Part shown: positions 39,156-49,504 of the stretch, piece by piece
How positions within the stretch are numbered: position 1 is the first letter of the stretch
Layout of the letters: each line of letters starts with the position of its first letter
The notes under the pieces: model-generated
What the model saw: only the letters and a program-made list of their open reading frames with translations
Databases searched by the model: none
Told to the model about the DNA's origin: nothing
Made by a program: the position numbers and the translations under genes
Origin: a virus
Direction: 5' to 3' (one strand)
DNA length: 64,000 nucleotides
IMG/VR virus record: IMGVR_UViG_3300013126_000011

Positions 39156-39342
39156 CGAATATCAAAAGTCAGTTTACGAGCAATTCTTTCAAATGAAATA
39201 TCATGGGAATTGGTCGATCTTTGAATTATACAATCTTCCAATTGGTCTTAGAGGCTGGTTTGTTGAACGTCTAAAACAACAATTAGATGCCGAGAACAAA
39301 GCAACGGAAGACGCTCAGAAGAAAAAGTCTAAGAAACATTAA
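39139..39342 (+). CDS. probable frameshift extension of the chaperone (not in the ORF track)
   Basis: The +1 frame from the T7 run reads FFGLTNEYQKSVYEQFFQMKYHGNWSIFELYNLPIGLRGWFVERLKQQLDAENKATEDAQKKKSKKH. Confidence 0.7.
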   Translation, partial: FFGLTNEYQKSVYEQFFQMKYHGNWSIFELYNLPIGLRGWFVERLKQQLDAENKATEDAQKKKSKKH

Positions 39343-39347
39343 GCGCT

Positions 39348-39354
39348 CTATTTA
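39348..39354 (+). promoter_or_regulatory. putative late promoter (CTATTTA)
   Basis: About 31 nt before ATG 39385. Confidence 0.65.
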
Positions 39355-39384
39355 TAGGAGAAACCCATAACTGGAGCATTCATA

Positions 39385-39732
39385 ATGTCCAATCAGATTA
39401 CATTAAATCTAAATGAAGTTGCAAAATCAAGGGTCTTAAGCGAAAGTTGGCTTAAGATGTTCGGAAGTGCTATCAAAGGTATTCTCAAAATGATGATGGG
39501 CGATAAACCTCTGTCAGAATCAGAAGACAACGCAGAGCTTCCAGTTAAAATCAAAGGTACTCCAGCACAAGTTGAAGCATTTGCCAAGGCTATTGGAAGC
39601 GAAAAGAAGTATCTTGAGGCTTGGACAAGTTTTGGAATGAAAGATCCCAAAACAGCTTTTCAGAGAGCCAGTTTAGATAAGGCAATTGCAGAATTCGAAA
39701 GAGCCACAAAGATTAAGTGGCCATTTAAGTAA
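39385..39732 (+). CDS. hypothetical late protein upstream of the tape measure gene
   Basis: GGAG Shine-Dalgarno; LNE/LSE sites; ends FERATKIKWPFK. Confidence 0.7.
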   Translation: MSNQITLNLNEVAKSRVLSESWLKMFGSAIKGILKMMMGDKPLSESEDNAELPVKIKGTPAQVEAFAKAIGSEKKYLEAWTSFGMKDPKTAFQRASLDKAIAEFERATKIKWPFK

Positions 39733-39762
39733 TAAGATAGAAACAATAACGAGGATTTATAG

Positions 39763-42516
39763 TTGTCATTCGATATCACACGGATTGATCCTGAATCATC
39801 AAAATACATACAACAGCTTTTGGCTGGTTTGGAAAATGTAAATCAGAATATTACTATCATCAATACCAAGCTAGCTGAACAAAAAGCAATTCAATTGAGA
39901 GTTGCTGAAGTTGCTGGACAATATAATGACAAACTTAAGTCTCGTATGGAGTTTGAAATAGAAGTAGAGAAAAAGTGGAGAGAAGTACTTGAAGCTAAGT
40001 ATGCAGCCAATGAAGATGAGGCTACAGCAGAGCAAGAAAAACATAATCGAATTATGGCGGATTTAACTACGCAATTAGCCGCCGAAGAAGATGTTTACAG
40101 AAAAGCTGGTAAAAGTGCGACAGAGTTTGCAGCATTAAGACAAAAATATGCAGACAAGGAAGATGAAGAGCGAAAAAGGTTCGCTAAGGCTGATGAAGAG
40201 CGCGCGGATGCAGCCGCAGTAGAATTAAAAGACGCGGAAGCAATGTATAAGCAAGCCAAACAACTAACAAAGCAACGTGAAATCCAAAATACTTTACAAA
40301 ATAAACTGGCCAAGACACTTGGAATGTCATATCGTTTTGAAGAATCAATGCTTGGAAAGGCGATTTTGTTAAGCAAAAATGCTGGCGGAATTGCAGGCTC
40401 TTTTAAGGCTGCTGGCGGCTTTTTAAAGGAAGCCGTGTTTTCACTTGGAGGTATCGGGAATATTGGCTCATCCATACTTTCCAAGGTTGCAGAATCGACA
40501 GCTTTGGTCGCAAAGGAAGTAAACTCTGCAACAACTTCATTTAACAAGCTTACTGGTGCTGGTGGTTCATATGATGAAATGATCATCAGCGTTCAAGCCA
40601 ACAATCGAGAATTTAACGTTGATGCTGGAAAAACTGGCGAAGCAATGCAGGCATTATATGGCTCATTTGCTCAATTTACGACATTGGGCAAGCCAATGCA
40701 AGAACAGTTGGTGACGACTGCTGCAAGATTAAGTTCTTTGGGAATTTCTTCAGAATCTAGTGCAAAACTAGTCAGTGGACTTGTTCAATCGCTAAAATTG
40801 ACTGGTACTGAAGCAGATAGTATCGCAAAAGGATTATACGCTTCAGCATCAGAAATTGGTATCGTACCTTTTCAGATGATTGATGGTTTCAATTCTGCAT
40901 TGCCGACTCTTGCTGCTTATGGAAAACAATCAATCAAGATTTATAAAGATCTTGCTGCTGCTGCAAAAGCAACTAGTATTGCAACAGATCGATTAATTTC
41001 GCTTATGTCTCAGTTTGATACATTTGAAGGTGCTGCTCAAGCCGCTGGCAATCTAAATGCATTGTTGGGCGGCGATTTGTTTAACTCAATGGAATTGATG
41101 AATGCTAGCGAAGAAGAACGTATACGAATTATCAAAAAAGGACTTGATTTAGGCAATATTCAGTTTGGACAGCTTGGCAAGTATCAACAGAAAGCAATTG
41201 CTGCTGCTGTTGGCATTACAGATATGGCGGAAGCCAACAATCTGTTCGGAATGAGTTTGACAGCCTATGATGATTTTGCAAAGAAATCAGAAAAAGCAGC
41301 AATGACGGAAGAACGATTCAAAGAAGTGACACAAGCCGCTACATCGATTGTTGAAAAATTAGCAAATATGGTTAGAGGGTTTGCGGTAGCAGTTGGACCG
41401 CTATTGACCGTACTTAATAAGGTTCTTGATGTAATCGTTGGTATTACCAGCAGCAAGTCTTTCGGTACTTTTGCTACAATTGCTGGTGGTGTCATGACGT
41501 TGGTTGGTGCTTTTAAGTTGCTTGGCGTTAGCATCATGAACTTGAAACTTGTTGGTCCTGTTTTGGAGGGATTGCAGAAAGGTTTTGGCAAAGTTGCCTC
41601 TATGATTGGTGATGCAGCAACCAAAGCAACGGCAAAGCTGAAACAATGGACGACTAGAACGCCAATTCCAACAGGAGCACCGTCAGCTTCTCCAATACCG
41701 GGTGGAGCGGGACCAACATTGCCCGGAGATAAGGCAAAAGGTGGCGCATGTGGTTGGGTAAAGTGTATGAAAGGCTTTTTCAAGGCTGTCAATCCTGCCA
41801 AAGTACTCGCCCTTGGAGCAGGTTTTTCGCTTCTTGGTGCAGGTTTTTTGCTTCTTGGTGGCGGAATTGGGCTTGCAGCTTGGGGAATGTCCGAGTTGAT
41901 GAAGTCGATTAATGGATGGGAACAAGTCATTGGTATGTTAGCTTTCTTTTATGGTCTAATTGCTGTTGTTTTGGCTTTGGGCTATGCCGGTATTGCTGCC
42001 ACGCCAGGATTGTTTGCTGTAGGTCTAGTAGTTGGAGCAATTGCGTTGGCAGTCGCAGTAGCTACTAATAGCATCAGCAATATGACCTTGAATATTACAA
42101 ATTTGGTAAGCGCTCTATCTCAAATTAAAGATGTTGACTTTACTGTCAGTTTCAAGAGCATTAAACAGGCAATTGTCGAAACCTCAGAAGCGATTTCAAA
42201 GAATGAAAATGTAAAGAGCTTCCAAGAAATGCTAACTGTTGCTAATTCTGTGACAGACGAATCAGTCAAGCGTACTCAAGCGCTTGTTAATACTGCCAAG
42301 CAGTATGTCGAAGTACAGGCGACAATGAAATCTCCAGATACCGATGCATTTGTTACAGTATTGAAAAGCGCATTAGGTATTGATGGAACAGCAAACAACA
42401 AAGAGAAGCAAACAGCCAATAACGAGATTGTTCTAGAGTTGGATGGTTATCGTTTTGGAAAAGTGGTCGCAAAAGCATTGAATAATCGAATGACCGTCAC
42501 TCCGGAGATGGCATAA
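39763..42516 (+). CDS. tail tape measure protein
   Basis: 917 aa, helical and Ala/Gly-rich, with hydrophobic TM-like segments; between chaperone and baseplate genes; TTG start after GAGG. Confidence 0.85.
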   Translation: MSFDITRIDPESSKYIQQLLAGLENVNQNITIINTKLAEQKAIQLRVAEVAGQYNDKLKSRMEFEIEVEKKWREVLEAKYAANEDEATAEQEKHNRIMADLTTQLAAEEDVYRKAGKSATEFAALRQKYADKEDEERKRFAKADEERADAAAVELKDAEAMYKQAKQLTKQREIQNTLQNKLAKTLGMSYRFEESMLGKAILLSKNAGGIAGSFKAAGGFLKEAVFSLGGIGNIGSSILSKVAESTALVAKEVNSATTSFNKLTGAGGSYDEMIISVQANNREFNVDAGKTGEAMQALYGSFAQFTTLGKPMQEQLVTTAARLSSLGISSESSAKLVSGLVQSLKLTGTEADSIAKGLYASASEIGIVPFQMIDGFNSALPTLAAYGKQSIKIYKDLAAAAKATSIATDRLISLMSQFDTFEGAAQAAGNLNALLGGDLFNSMELMNASEEERIRIIKKGLDLGNIQFGQLGKYQQKAIAAAVGITDMAEANNLFGMSLTAYDDFAKKSEKAAMTEERFKEVTQAATSIVEKLANMVRGFAVAVGPLLTVLNKVLDVIVGITSSKSFGTFATIAGGVMTLVGAFKLLGVSIMNLKLVGPVLEGLQKGFGKVASMIGDAATKATAKLKQWTTRTPIPTGAPSASPIPGGAGPTLPGDKAKGGACGWVKCMKGFFKAVNPAKVLALGAGFSLLGAGFLLLGGGIGLAAWGMSELMKSINGWEQVIGMLAFFYGLIAVVLALGYAGIAATPGLFAVGLVVGAIALAVAVATNSISNMTLNITNLVSALSQIKDVDFTVSFKSIKQAIVETSEAISKNENVKSFQEMLTVANSVTDESVKRTQALVNTAKQYVEVQATMKSPDTDAFVTVLKSALGIDGTANNKEKQTANNEIVLELDGYRFGKVVAKALNNRMTVTPEMA

Positions 42517-42518
42517 AT

Positions 42519-43220
42519 ATGGCAAAATCGACTCTATATTCAATTTATGAAAGCATGGGGATGACGCTCAAGTTTGAGCATCTTCCTTCAAATACAAAAG
42601 TCGAGTTTGTTGCAGCTTTGGAAGAGTTTTCTGACAATTACGATTCTTCTTGGCAGTCCGAAGAAGTGCTGGGTCGAATGGACCCTTTAGAGACATTCCA
42701 GGGAACAAAACGAACGATATCTTTTACTTGGGTAGTTGCCTCAGAAAGTCAAGAAGAAGCCAAAGACAATATTGCGAAAGCAGAACAGCTTTTGAGGATG
42801 CTTTATCCATCATATGAAGATGGACCCATTGGAAATGCAACCAGAATGGATGCAAGTCCTTTGTTCAGGATCAAATTTGCTAATCTTATTGCAGATCCAA
42901 GTGGTTCTGGTCTTGTCGGTCGAGTGAACGGCTTTAAATATAGTCCAGATCTTGATTCTGGTTTCTTTGGTGATTCAGATCATAATGCATATGCTCAGAC
43001 AATCAAATTGTCTTGTGAGTTTACGGTATTTCATACGCATCCTCTTGGTTGGAAAACACAGACATTTAGACAGAAAAATTATCCATATAGTGTAAGTACT
43101 CTTGAAGATGTTACGACAGAAACCGAAAGGGCAACAAATCAATCAGATCTGAATGATTTGGATGCTATGGCTGCTCTTGATAATCAGGCAAGAACTTCTC
43201 AAATGACTGGTGGAACATAA
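42519..43220 (+). CDS. baseplate tail-tube initiator-like protein
   Basis: FSDNY.S.W..E.V.GR.DP..TFQGT.R.ISF; LYPSY; follows the tape measure gene. Confidence 0.7.
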   Translation: MAKSTLYSIYESMGMTLKFEHLPSNTKVEFVAALEEFSDNYDSSWQSEEVLGRMDPLETFQGTKRTISFTWVVASESQEEAKDNIAKAEQLLRMLYPSYEDGPIGNATRMDASPLFRIKFANLIADPSGSGLVGRVNGFKYSPDLDSGFFGDSDHNAYAQTIKLSCEFTVFHTHPLGWKTQTFRQKNYPYSVSTLEDVTTETERATNQSDLNDLDAMAALDNQARTSQMTGGT

Positions 43221-43558
43221 TGAATCGCTATGCAAACAGACAAGTGCTTCGAAACGATCATGAACAATACCGAGAAGTGTTGAAGAATCGTTCCGTAAAA
43301 TATATTGATCAATATAATACTCCAAAATTTAAAGTTCCAACTGTTGATGAAATAAAAATGATTACAACTATTGGACACATTTGGAAGGCAGGCGATAGAT
43401 TGTACAAGTTAGCCTATCAGTACTATAATGGACGTTCAGAACTTTGGTGGGTAATTGCTTGGTGGAATCAAAAGCCAACAGAAGCTCATATTAGCGTTGG
43501 AGACACGTTGATGATTCCTTTGCCAATTGATCGAGTTTTGCATGCCTACGGAGTCTAA
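43220..43558 (+). CDS. LysM-like baseplate wedge protein (gp53/gpX-like)
   Basis: H.WK.GDRL.KLA..YY....LWWVIA..N.......GD.L.IP. Confidence 0.8.
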   Translation: MNRYANRQVLRNDHEQYREVLKNRSVKYIDQYNTPKFKVPTVDEIKMITTIGHIWKAGDRLYKLAYQYYNGRSELWWVIAWWNQKPTEAHISVGDTLMIPLPIDRVLHAYGV

Positions 43559-43561
43559 CAA

Positions 43562-45910
43562 TTGTCTGATACCAAGAATACATTAGCCAGTAAAAAGAGA
43601 TTTCAAGCTCAGTGTTTTTTGACTGACTATTGGCAAGTTTTTTCCGCTGCGAATTCAAGCAGAGCTTACAAAAATTTCATCATTGTTGATGGCGATGGTA
43701 CATTCTTGATGAATCGCTTGACTGGCAGCAGAAATTTGGCTTTGTTGTCGAATCTTACGCCATATCAAGTTGCTGCCTTAGTTCCAAAGATTCGGTTATA
43801 CAAAGTATATCCCAAGTTGGGAAACGATTATGTCAGCATCGAAAAGACAGAAGAGTTTATTTTTCCAGAAAATCTAGCAATAGACGATATCAATCGAATT
43901 ACTGAATCTCATTCTGGTAAAAATACTGGTTATGGCATTAAGTCCTTCAATTTTGAGTTTGCCGGAAAGAACGAAGCTGAAACGTTTTCCAACATCAAGG
44001 CAGAGTTGTCAATTCGTTTGCAAACAATGGAAGAACTATTGGGCGGCTTAGAAGTAGCTGATGAAAGAGCAAAGCTTATCGATTTGATTTTGCCAGCACA
44101 AAAATATAAACTCAACCAATATGTGTTTAGTCCAGAATATTTTCGAATTAAAGCCGTTGTTGGTTGGGCTACTCTGAAAGCCGGAGAATTGTTCACTAGT
44201 GAAGAAGTAAATGCTATTGCAGATTGTACCTTAACGCTTGATCTAAGCTTGATCGATCATGATTTCAGTTTCAATCAAGATGGTTCAATTGATATGAAGG
44301 TAACATATCAGGCTTGGATCGAAGCTTTAACCGGCGCCGCAAATCCAGACAGCAATGTTTTGGCTAGCTCTGAAAAAGAAGCGATAATTGAAAATGATTT
44401 GCAAAACAAAGAAAATCAAACAAAAAAGATAGACGATATTGATGAGTGTTTGAAAAAAGATAAATATGCAGGAAACTCTCATTTAAACTCTGCCAAAGAA
44501 CAAGCAGAAAAAGATTTAGAAGATATCAAAAAGAAAGATATTGATCGACTTCAAAAGGTCAATCTTTATGGTAACTTCTTGAGTAAACTAACAAAAAATA
44601 GTTTGATTCGATGGGTTTCGATTCCATCGGAAGATATTGGCGCTTGGACAGATTCTTGGTTCGAAGAAGGACAGACAAGACAGAAAACGCAACCAACAAG
44701 GGATTCAACAAGATGGCAATCACAGTTGACTTCTTTGAGCAATCTTAATCGTAGGTCCGACATTGAAAAAAAGTTTGAGGATCTGACCGAAGCAAAAAGT
44801 GATTCTAAAGAGATGATCGAAAATGCCGAAGAAGTTACAAATGATCAGTTTGTGGCTGAATTGGATGGTAATAATGTCATTATCAACTATGTCTACTTTG
44901 GAGACATTCTCAACCTTGCTTTAGACCGACTAGTAAAAGCCGATCCAAAATTCAAGGTCATTTGTGGACCAATTGTTTTCAGAGAACCTAGAACGCCAGC
45001 AAATAGCCAGGATATGAAGATTGTAAACCTTGCAGACGTTCCAATTTCTCTGGATTTATTCATTGCATGGTTCACCAACAACGTGATTAAACCTCAGAAG
45101 TACAGTTATCCTCTCGATCAGTTTCTAAAAGATGTTCTTACAGAAGTAGTCGAACCAGCTTTGACTTCTACTTGTTTTGCTGAGACTGCCACGATTAACA
45201 TGACGGTTGCAATGGAAACGTTCAACTTGGCTGCTGAAAGCACTCAAGGAATTTTTAAAGGATATCGCTATCCTGTTACAGAATTAGTACCTTTCGTTAA
45301 TAGTGCTCTTGGAATTCATGATGATAAATATTTGGTGTTGTATTCGAGAAAATTTCTTGAAAACAGGAAAGCTGAAGAATTCAAAGATGTTTCTGATAAA
45401 ATAGCATATTTCAAGCTTGGCACAGATCGCGGTTTAGTCAAGAAGATCGAATTTAATAAAGAAGATATGCAATACAACAGAGAATCAAGAATCTCTCAGG
45501 CATATCAAAGTGGTGTCGGACAATTGGCTCGTTTAAGAGGAAAATATAATGCCACAATTACGTTGCATGGTAATGCGTTGTTTTATCCCGGTCAGCTTGT
45601 ATTTGTAGATCCTGTTATGATGGGAATGGGAAGCGTAGCAGCCAGGGGAAAAGTAGCAAGCTTGATTGGCTTGGGTGGATACTATCGAGTTATCAAGGTT
45701 GAATCGTCTATCGAACGAGGAAAATTTGAAACAGTGCTACAAACCAAATGGGAAGCAATGGGCGATGGATCTGGATTGGCTCCAGAAACGGTTGCCTTGG
45801 CAGATAAGTGTCAAAAGATTGTCAATCAATCAATTCAGTCGCAACAAGAAAGAAAGAATATCGTTAGGCTCACCGATCAACAAATGGGTGAAGCCGCAAC
45901 TCCATTCTAG
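43562..45910 (+). CDS. baseplate hub protein (gp27/gpD-like)
   Basis: GIKSFNF, VGW; C-terminal YNATITL.GN.LF.PGQ.VFVDP and GGYY.VIKVES.I..G.FET. Confidence 0.7.
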   Translation: MSDTKNTLASKKRFQAQCFLTDYWQVFSAANSSRAYKNFIIVDGDGTFLMNRLTGSRNLALLSNLTPYQVAALVPKIRLYKVYPKLGNDYVSIEKTEEFIFPENLAIDDINRITESHSGKNTGYGIKSFNFEFAGKNEAETFSNIKAELSIRLQTMEELLGGLEVADERAKLIDLILPAQKYKLNQYVFSPEYFRIKAVVGWATLKAGELFTSEEVNAIADCTLTLDLSLIDHDFSFNQDGSIDMKVTYQAWIEALTGAANPDSNVLASSEKEAIIENDLQNKENQTKKIDDIDECLKKDKYAGNSHLNSAKEQAEKDLEDIKKKDIDRLQKVNLYGNFLSKLTKNSLIRWVSIPSEDIGAWTDSWFEEGQTRQKTQPTRDSTRWQSQLTSLSNLNRRSDIEKKFEDLTEAKSDSKEMIENAEEVTNDQFVAELDGNNVIINYVYFGDILNLALDRLVKADPKFKVICGPIVFREPRTPANSQDMKIVNLADVPISLDLFIAWFTNNVIKPQKYSYPLDQFLKDVLTEVVEPALTSTCFAETATINMTVAMETFNLAAESTQGIFKGYRYPVTELVPFVNSALGIHDDKYLVLYSRKFLENRKAEEFKDVSDKIAYFKLGTDRGLVKKIEFNKEDMQYNRESRISQAYQSGVGQLARLRGKYNATITLHGNALFYPGQLVFVDPVMMGMGSVAARGKVASLIGLGGYYRVIKVESSIERGKFETVLQTKWEAMGDGSGLAPETVALADKCQKIVNQSIQSQQERKNIVRLTDQQMGEAATPF

Positions 45911-45920
45911 GAACCATTGA

Positions 45921-46970
45921 ATGCTTGTAAATAACCAAAATTCAGCTAAGGCATTGTTTGATGGCAGAATACAGTACAAGAATTGTATATATCCGTCTAC
46001 TTTGGCAAAACCAATTGATTTTTGGTATCTGAATCCGAATTATGGGTTTATTGACGTATATGGACACGTAATTTACCCAAACGAAGCACATTTCCGTCAA
46101 GTTTTCAGCAATAACGGACGAATTCAACTAGCAATCGATTTTGTTGCAGAAGCTTTCAATGATTTCGCTGATTTCTACAATCAAGTTATTCAAACTGCAA
46201 TTGGAACAGAGCGAGATATCAATAAATCAAAGTTAGTAACTGTTCAGGCTCTAGCTGCTTGGACAAGTCCACACAAAGATTACAATTCGCATTGTACTGG
46301 CGTGTTTGCTGGAATTCAGAAGAAATATACCAAACTGAACAAACCAGTCAGCTTTAGAGTGTTCTTAGAAGACTTTAAAGTGCTTGCTTCTCAGACTGCT
46401 CATACGATTCCGTATACTTTCATGGGTTATTTGTCTTCGCCTTATGTAGATCCAAAGAATACTGGGCTAATCATTGAAGTTTACAAAGATGCTCATGACG
46501 ATGATCGAATAAAGCAGAATTTCTTGTCAGATCCAAATTTTGAGATGTTTGCGGATATTGCCGTTAAGCATGGTTTTGTAATCGACAAGAACGCACCGTG
46601 GAGACTCGTTGCAGATCTTAACTCTCCAGCCATGAAGCCATATCTTCAACAATACGGCATGAATTCTGCAAAAGACGTGTTCGTCCTTGATGGAGAAGGC
46701 AGATTCCTAGCCGTCGATCAAGTCAATATGGATACTTTCAGAAGATATCTTGTCGGATATTACAATTCAATTATGGCTGAAGATTCAAAGCCAGAACAAA
46801 TCGATCTGAACGAGACAGAATGGATGGAACTGTATGTATTTGTTCGGCAATTGGAAAAGAATTTTAAGCCGCTTGACAACCCCTCCAAAGTGATCTATGA
46901 TGCTGTTGTGCTGAAGGAAAAGTTTGGCGAGCAGTATGCGTCGGTGTTTCTAGAAAACTGCTTGAAATAG
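45921..46970 (+). CDS. hypothetical protein (end of the tail operon)
   Basis: DFVAEAF.DF and GF.IDKNAPWRLVADL; 349 aa. Confidence 0.7.
   Translation: MLVNNQNSAKALFDGRIQYKNCIYPSTLAKPIDFWYLNPNYGFIDVYGHVIYPNEAHFRQVFSNNGRIQLAIDFVAEAFNDFADFYNQVIQTAIGTERDINKSKLVTVQALAAWTSPHKDYNSHCTGVFAGIQKKYTKLNKPVSFRVFLEDFKVLASQTAHTIPYTFMGYLSSPYVDPKNTGLIIEVYKDAHDDDRIKQNFLSDPNFEMFADIAVKHGFVIDKNAPWRLVADLNSPAMKPYLQQYGMNSAKDVFVLDGEGRFLAVDQVNMDTFRRYLVGYYNSIMAEDSKPEQIDLNETEWMELYVFVRQLEKNFKPLDNPSKVIYDAVVLKEKFGEQYASVFLENCLK
46873..46901 (+). promoter_or_regulatory. sigma70-type promoter for the replication block
   Basis: TTGACA-N17-TATGAT inside the 3' end of the preceding gene. Confidence 0.65.
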
Positions 46971-48161
46971 GTGGATTTGTTTTACTTTCAGGTTCTCGAT
47001 TACAAAAAGCAATGCGCAGGGTTTTATCTAGCCGATGGAACAATCAACAAATCATTGCCAGAAGGCATTTGTAGAACATGGAAGCCTTATTCTGTACTAA
47101 ATTCAAGGCAAGATATCGAATATGCCTGGATTTTGGTTTCCGGAGCAGATCTCGATGAACATGTACCAGAGAATTTGCAAAAAGACTGGACAAGCGTAAC
47201 AGATCTGTTGCGTTTGCATCTGAATACTCTTAAAGTTGCCAGAGTGCCACTAAATGACGTTTGTTTGTATGAAGTACTGCCAACAGACATTTATTTGCGT
47301 TACTTTGACGTGTTGAATGCAATCACAGAAAGCATTTTTGATTCGAATTGTAAACCTCAAAATCATGACTTTCTCGTCAGAATCCAAGTGCTTTTGAGCG
47401 AGATTGAAGAACGAAAAGTCAAGTTATCAACAAAGGGAGTCGATTTTACTTCAAAAGAGATTTCTCTCAAGAAAATTCAAGACATTTGTGCAAAAACCAA
47501 TATCGTCAAGTACAATTTGTTTGGTACGCGAACCGGTAGACTCACAAATACTGACGTTGGGTTGCCTGTGCTTACGATGGCAAAGCGATATCGAGGGTTG
47601 TTGCATCCAACGAACAATTGGTATGTCGAATTTGATCAAAATGGAGCAGATCTAAGAGCTTTGGTTGGATTGCTTAAGCAAGAACAACCAGAAGAAGATA
47701 TTCACGCTTGGAACGCAAGCAAGATTGGTTGTTCCAGGGATGAAGCAAAGCAAAAGACGTTTTCTTGGTTGTATGATGGCAATAAGCGAGACATTAAGCT
47801 TGAAAAGCTCTATGACAAAGAAGTAATTCTTGATCGAGTCTATCAATTTGATCGTATTATCACGCCGTTCAATCGAGAAGTATTGGCTGACTATGAACAT
47901 GCTTTGAATTATGCTGCACAATCTACAGCAGCAGACGTATTCTATGATCGAACATTAGCTGTCAGAGAATATTTGAAGAGCATCAAAGCTAAGTCAGAGA
48001 TTGCATTCTTAATGCATGATGCAATGGTTCTTGATTATGCGGATTCTGATGGAACGGAAGTCTTGACAAAATGTAAAGAGATTTTTGCCGATACTTTGTT
48101 TGGTGAATATCTGGTAAATGTCAGCGTTGGAAAAAACTACGGAGAAATGAGGAAACTGTAA
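46971..48161 (+). CDS. minimal family A DNA polymerase-like protein
   Basis: TRTGRL, motif A EFDQNGADLR, DIH, motif B RDEAKQKTFSWLY, ALNY..QSTAAD, motif C HDA. Confidence 0.78.
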   Translation: MDLFYFQVLDYKKQCAGFYLADGTINKSLPEGICRTWKPYSVLNSRQDIEYAWILVSGADLDEHVPENLQKDWTSVTDLLRLHLNTLKVARVPLNDVCLYEVLPTDIYLRYFDVLNAITESIFDSNCKPQNHDFLVRIQVLLSEIEERKVKLSTKGVDFTSKEISLKKIQDICAKTNIVKYNLFGTRTGRLTNTDVGLPVLTMAKRYRGLLHPTNNWYVEFDQNGADLRALVGLLKQEQPEEDIHAWNASKIGCSRDEAKQKTFSWLYDGNKRDIKLEKLYDKEVILDRVYQFDRIITPFNREVLADYEHALNYAAQSTAADVFYDRTLAVREYLKSIKAKSEIAFLMHDAMVLDYADSDGTEVLTKCKEIFADTLFGEYLVNVSVGKNYGEMRKL

Positions 48162-48556
48162 TGAAGTGGAAGTTTTGGAAGAAAGAGTCAATCAAAATTA
48201 ACAAGCCAATCAAGTCAATGAAGCTTCGCACACTTGAGCTTTATAATACCCATGATGTATTGATTGGCGGTTTGAGAGAGAACGCCCCGAATACATTCCC
48301 AGAGTCTCAAATCGATTTTGAAAACAAAGAGAAAAAATCTACTATTGAAGATTTTCTTTTGTGGTGGAACAATCCGAACGGTTCTGCTTCTTATGTTTTT
48401 CACTATTATGATGGTTCTATGTGTATGATTCGTCGTAAACAAATTTACTTTTTTCGTATTGTTGTTCGATTCGAAGATGTCGAAATGACTCGACAAGAGA
48501 TCGAAGCAGCAATTAAAAAGACAGAAGAATTGGAAAAGATTCAAAATGTTCGATAA
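48161..48556 (+). CDS. hypothetical protein
   Basis: TAATG-coupled ORF, 131 aa. Confidence 0.6.
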   Translation: MKWKFWKKESIKINKPIKSMKLRTLELYNTHDVLIGGLRENAPNTFPESQIDFENKEKKSTIEDFLLWWNNPNGSASYVFHYYDGSMCMIRRKQIYFFRIVVRFEDVEMTRQEIEAAIKKTEELEKIQNVR

Positions 48557-49457
48557 ATTTGACAACTTTGTTGGTTATGGTGATGCAGGCTGTCGGATTG
48601 TGAGAGCAATCAGAGCAACTTGCGCAGATCAAAATCGAAAGTATTTTTATATTGGCACAGAAGAAAATGTTGACAAAGAAGGCTTACTTGTCGTGCCTGT
48701 CAATCTTGATCCCGTTCAGCAAGAGAAGCATACCCCTGTTGTGCGTTTAAATGCCCTTTTTAGAGCGATCAAGGGCAATACCCTAGTCGTACTGGCAGGA
48801 ACAGGCAAAATCGTTCCTAGCAGCCTTAGAACGCTTGAAATCCTATCAAAGAAAATTAGCTCGGAAAACCTCAATATCCTTTATGTTCGTCCAGAAGAAA
48901 TGAACAATGCCAATGAATCCAGAAAGAACATGGATCGATTGACATTTGGAGTGCTTCAAGAGTATGTTCGCTCTGGAGAGTGTGCCAGAATCTTCGTTAC
49001 AAGCAATTCAATGATGGAATTGGCTCTTGATGGTCTGAGCTTGACGAATTATCATGAGAAAATCAATGCTCTTCTAGCTTTTAGCATTTTGTCTGTCGAA
49101 TCACTCTTGACCTTCAAGCCGGTCTATGGTACAATTGGAAAGCTGCCAGAAAAGAACAGAATCTTTTGTCTAGGTGTCTTTGATGTAAATGATGGCGAAG
49201 AAAAGTGGTATTATGATCCGATGTTTAAGTTGGAATATGCTTCAAGCAATTCTGCTTATTTGTTTGCATTGAATCGAAAGAGTCTAGACGATCCGCAGAC
49301 CCTTTCCAGAGTGCGAGAAATCGTCAACAATAAGAGTGACTTGCGAAATAAGGTGTCGTATGCTGTCTACGATGCAGAGTTTTTGCAAAACGATTACGGT
49401 TTCTGTTTGAGTGTCTTCGATGAACCACTTTTATATGAGGCATCGCTGAACAAGTGA
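48546..49457 (+). CDS. divergent tubulin/FtsZ-like protein
   Basis: N-terminal FVGYGDAGCRIV loop, degenerate VLAGTGK loop, IFVTSN, INA; 303 aa. Confidence 0.55.
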   Translation: MFDKFDNFVGYGDAGCRIVRAIRATCADQNRKYFYIGTEENVDKEGLLVVPVNLDPVQQEKHTPVVRLNALFRAIKGNTLVVLAGTGKIVPSSLRTLEILSKKISSENLNILYVRPEEMNNANESRKNMDRLTFGVLQEYVRSGECARIFVTSNSMMELALDGLSLTNYHEKINALLAFSILSVESLLTFKPVYGTIGKLPEKNRIFCLGVFDVNDGEEKWYYDPMFKLEYASSNSAYLFALNRKSLDDPQTLSRVREIVNNKSDLRNKVSYAVYDAEFLQNDYGFCLSVFDEPLLYEASLNK

Positions 49458-49504
49458 TGTAGACTCGTGTAGACTGTATTCATAACGGTTGAGAAGGAAA
49501 AAGT

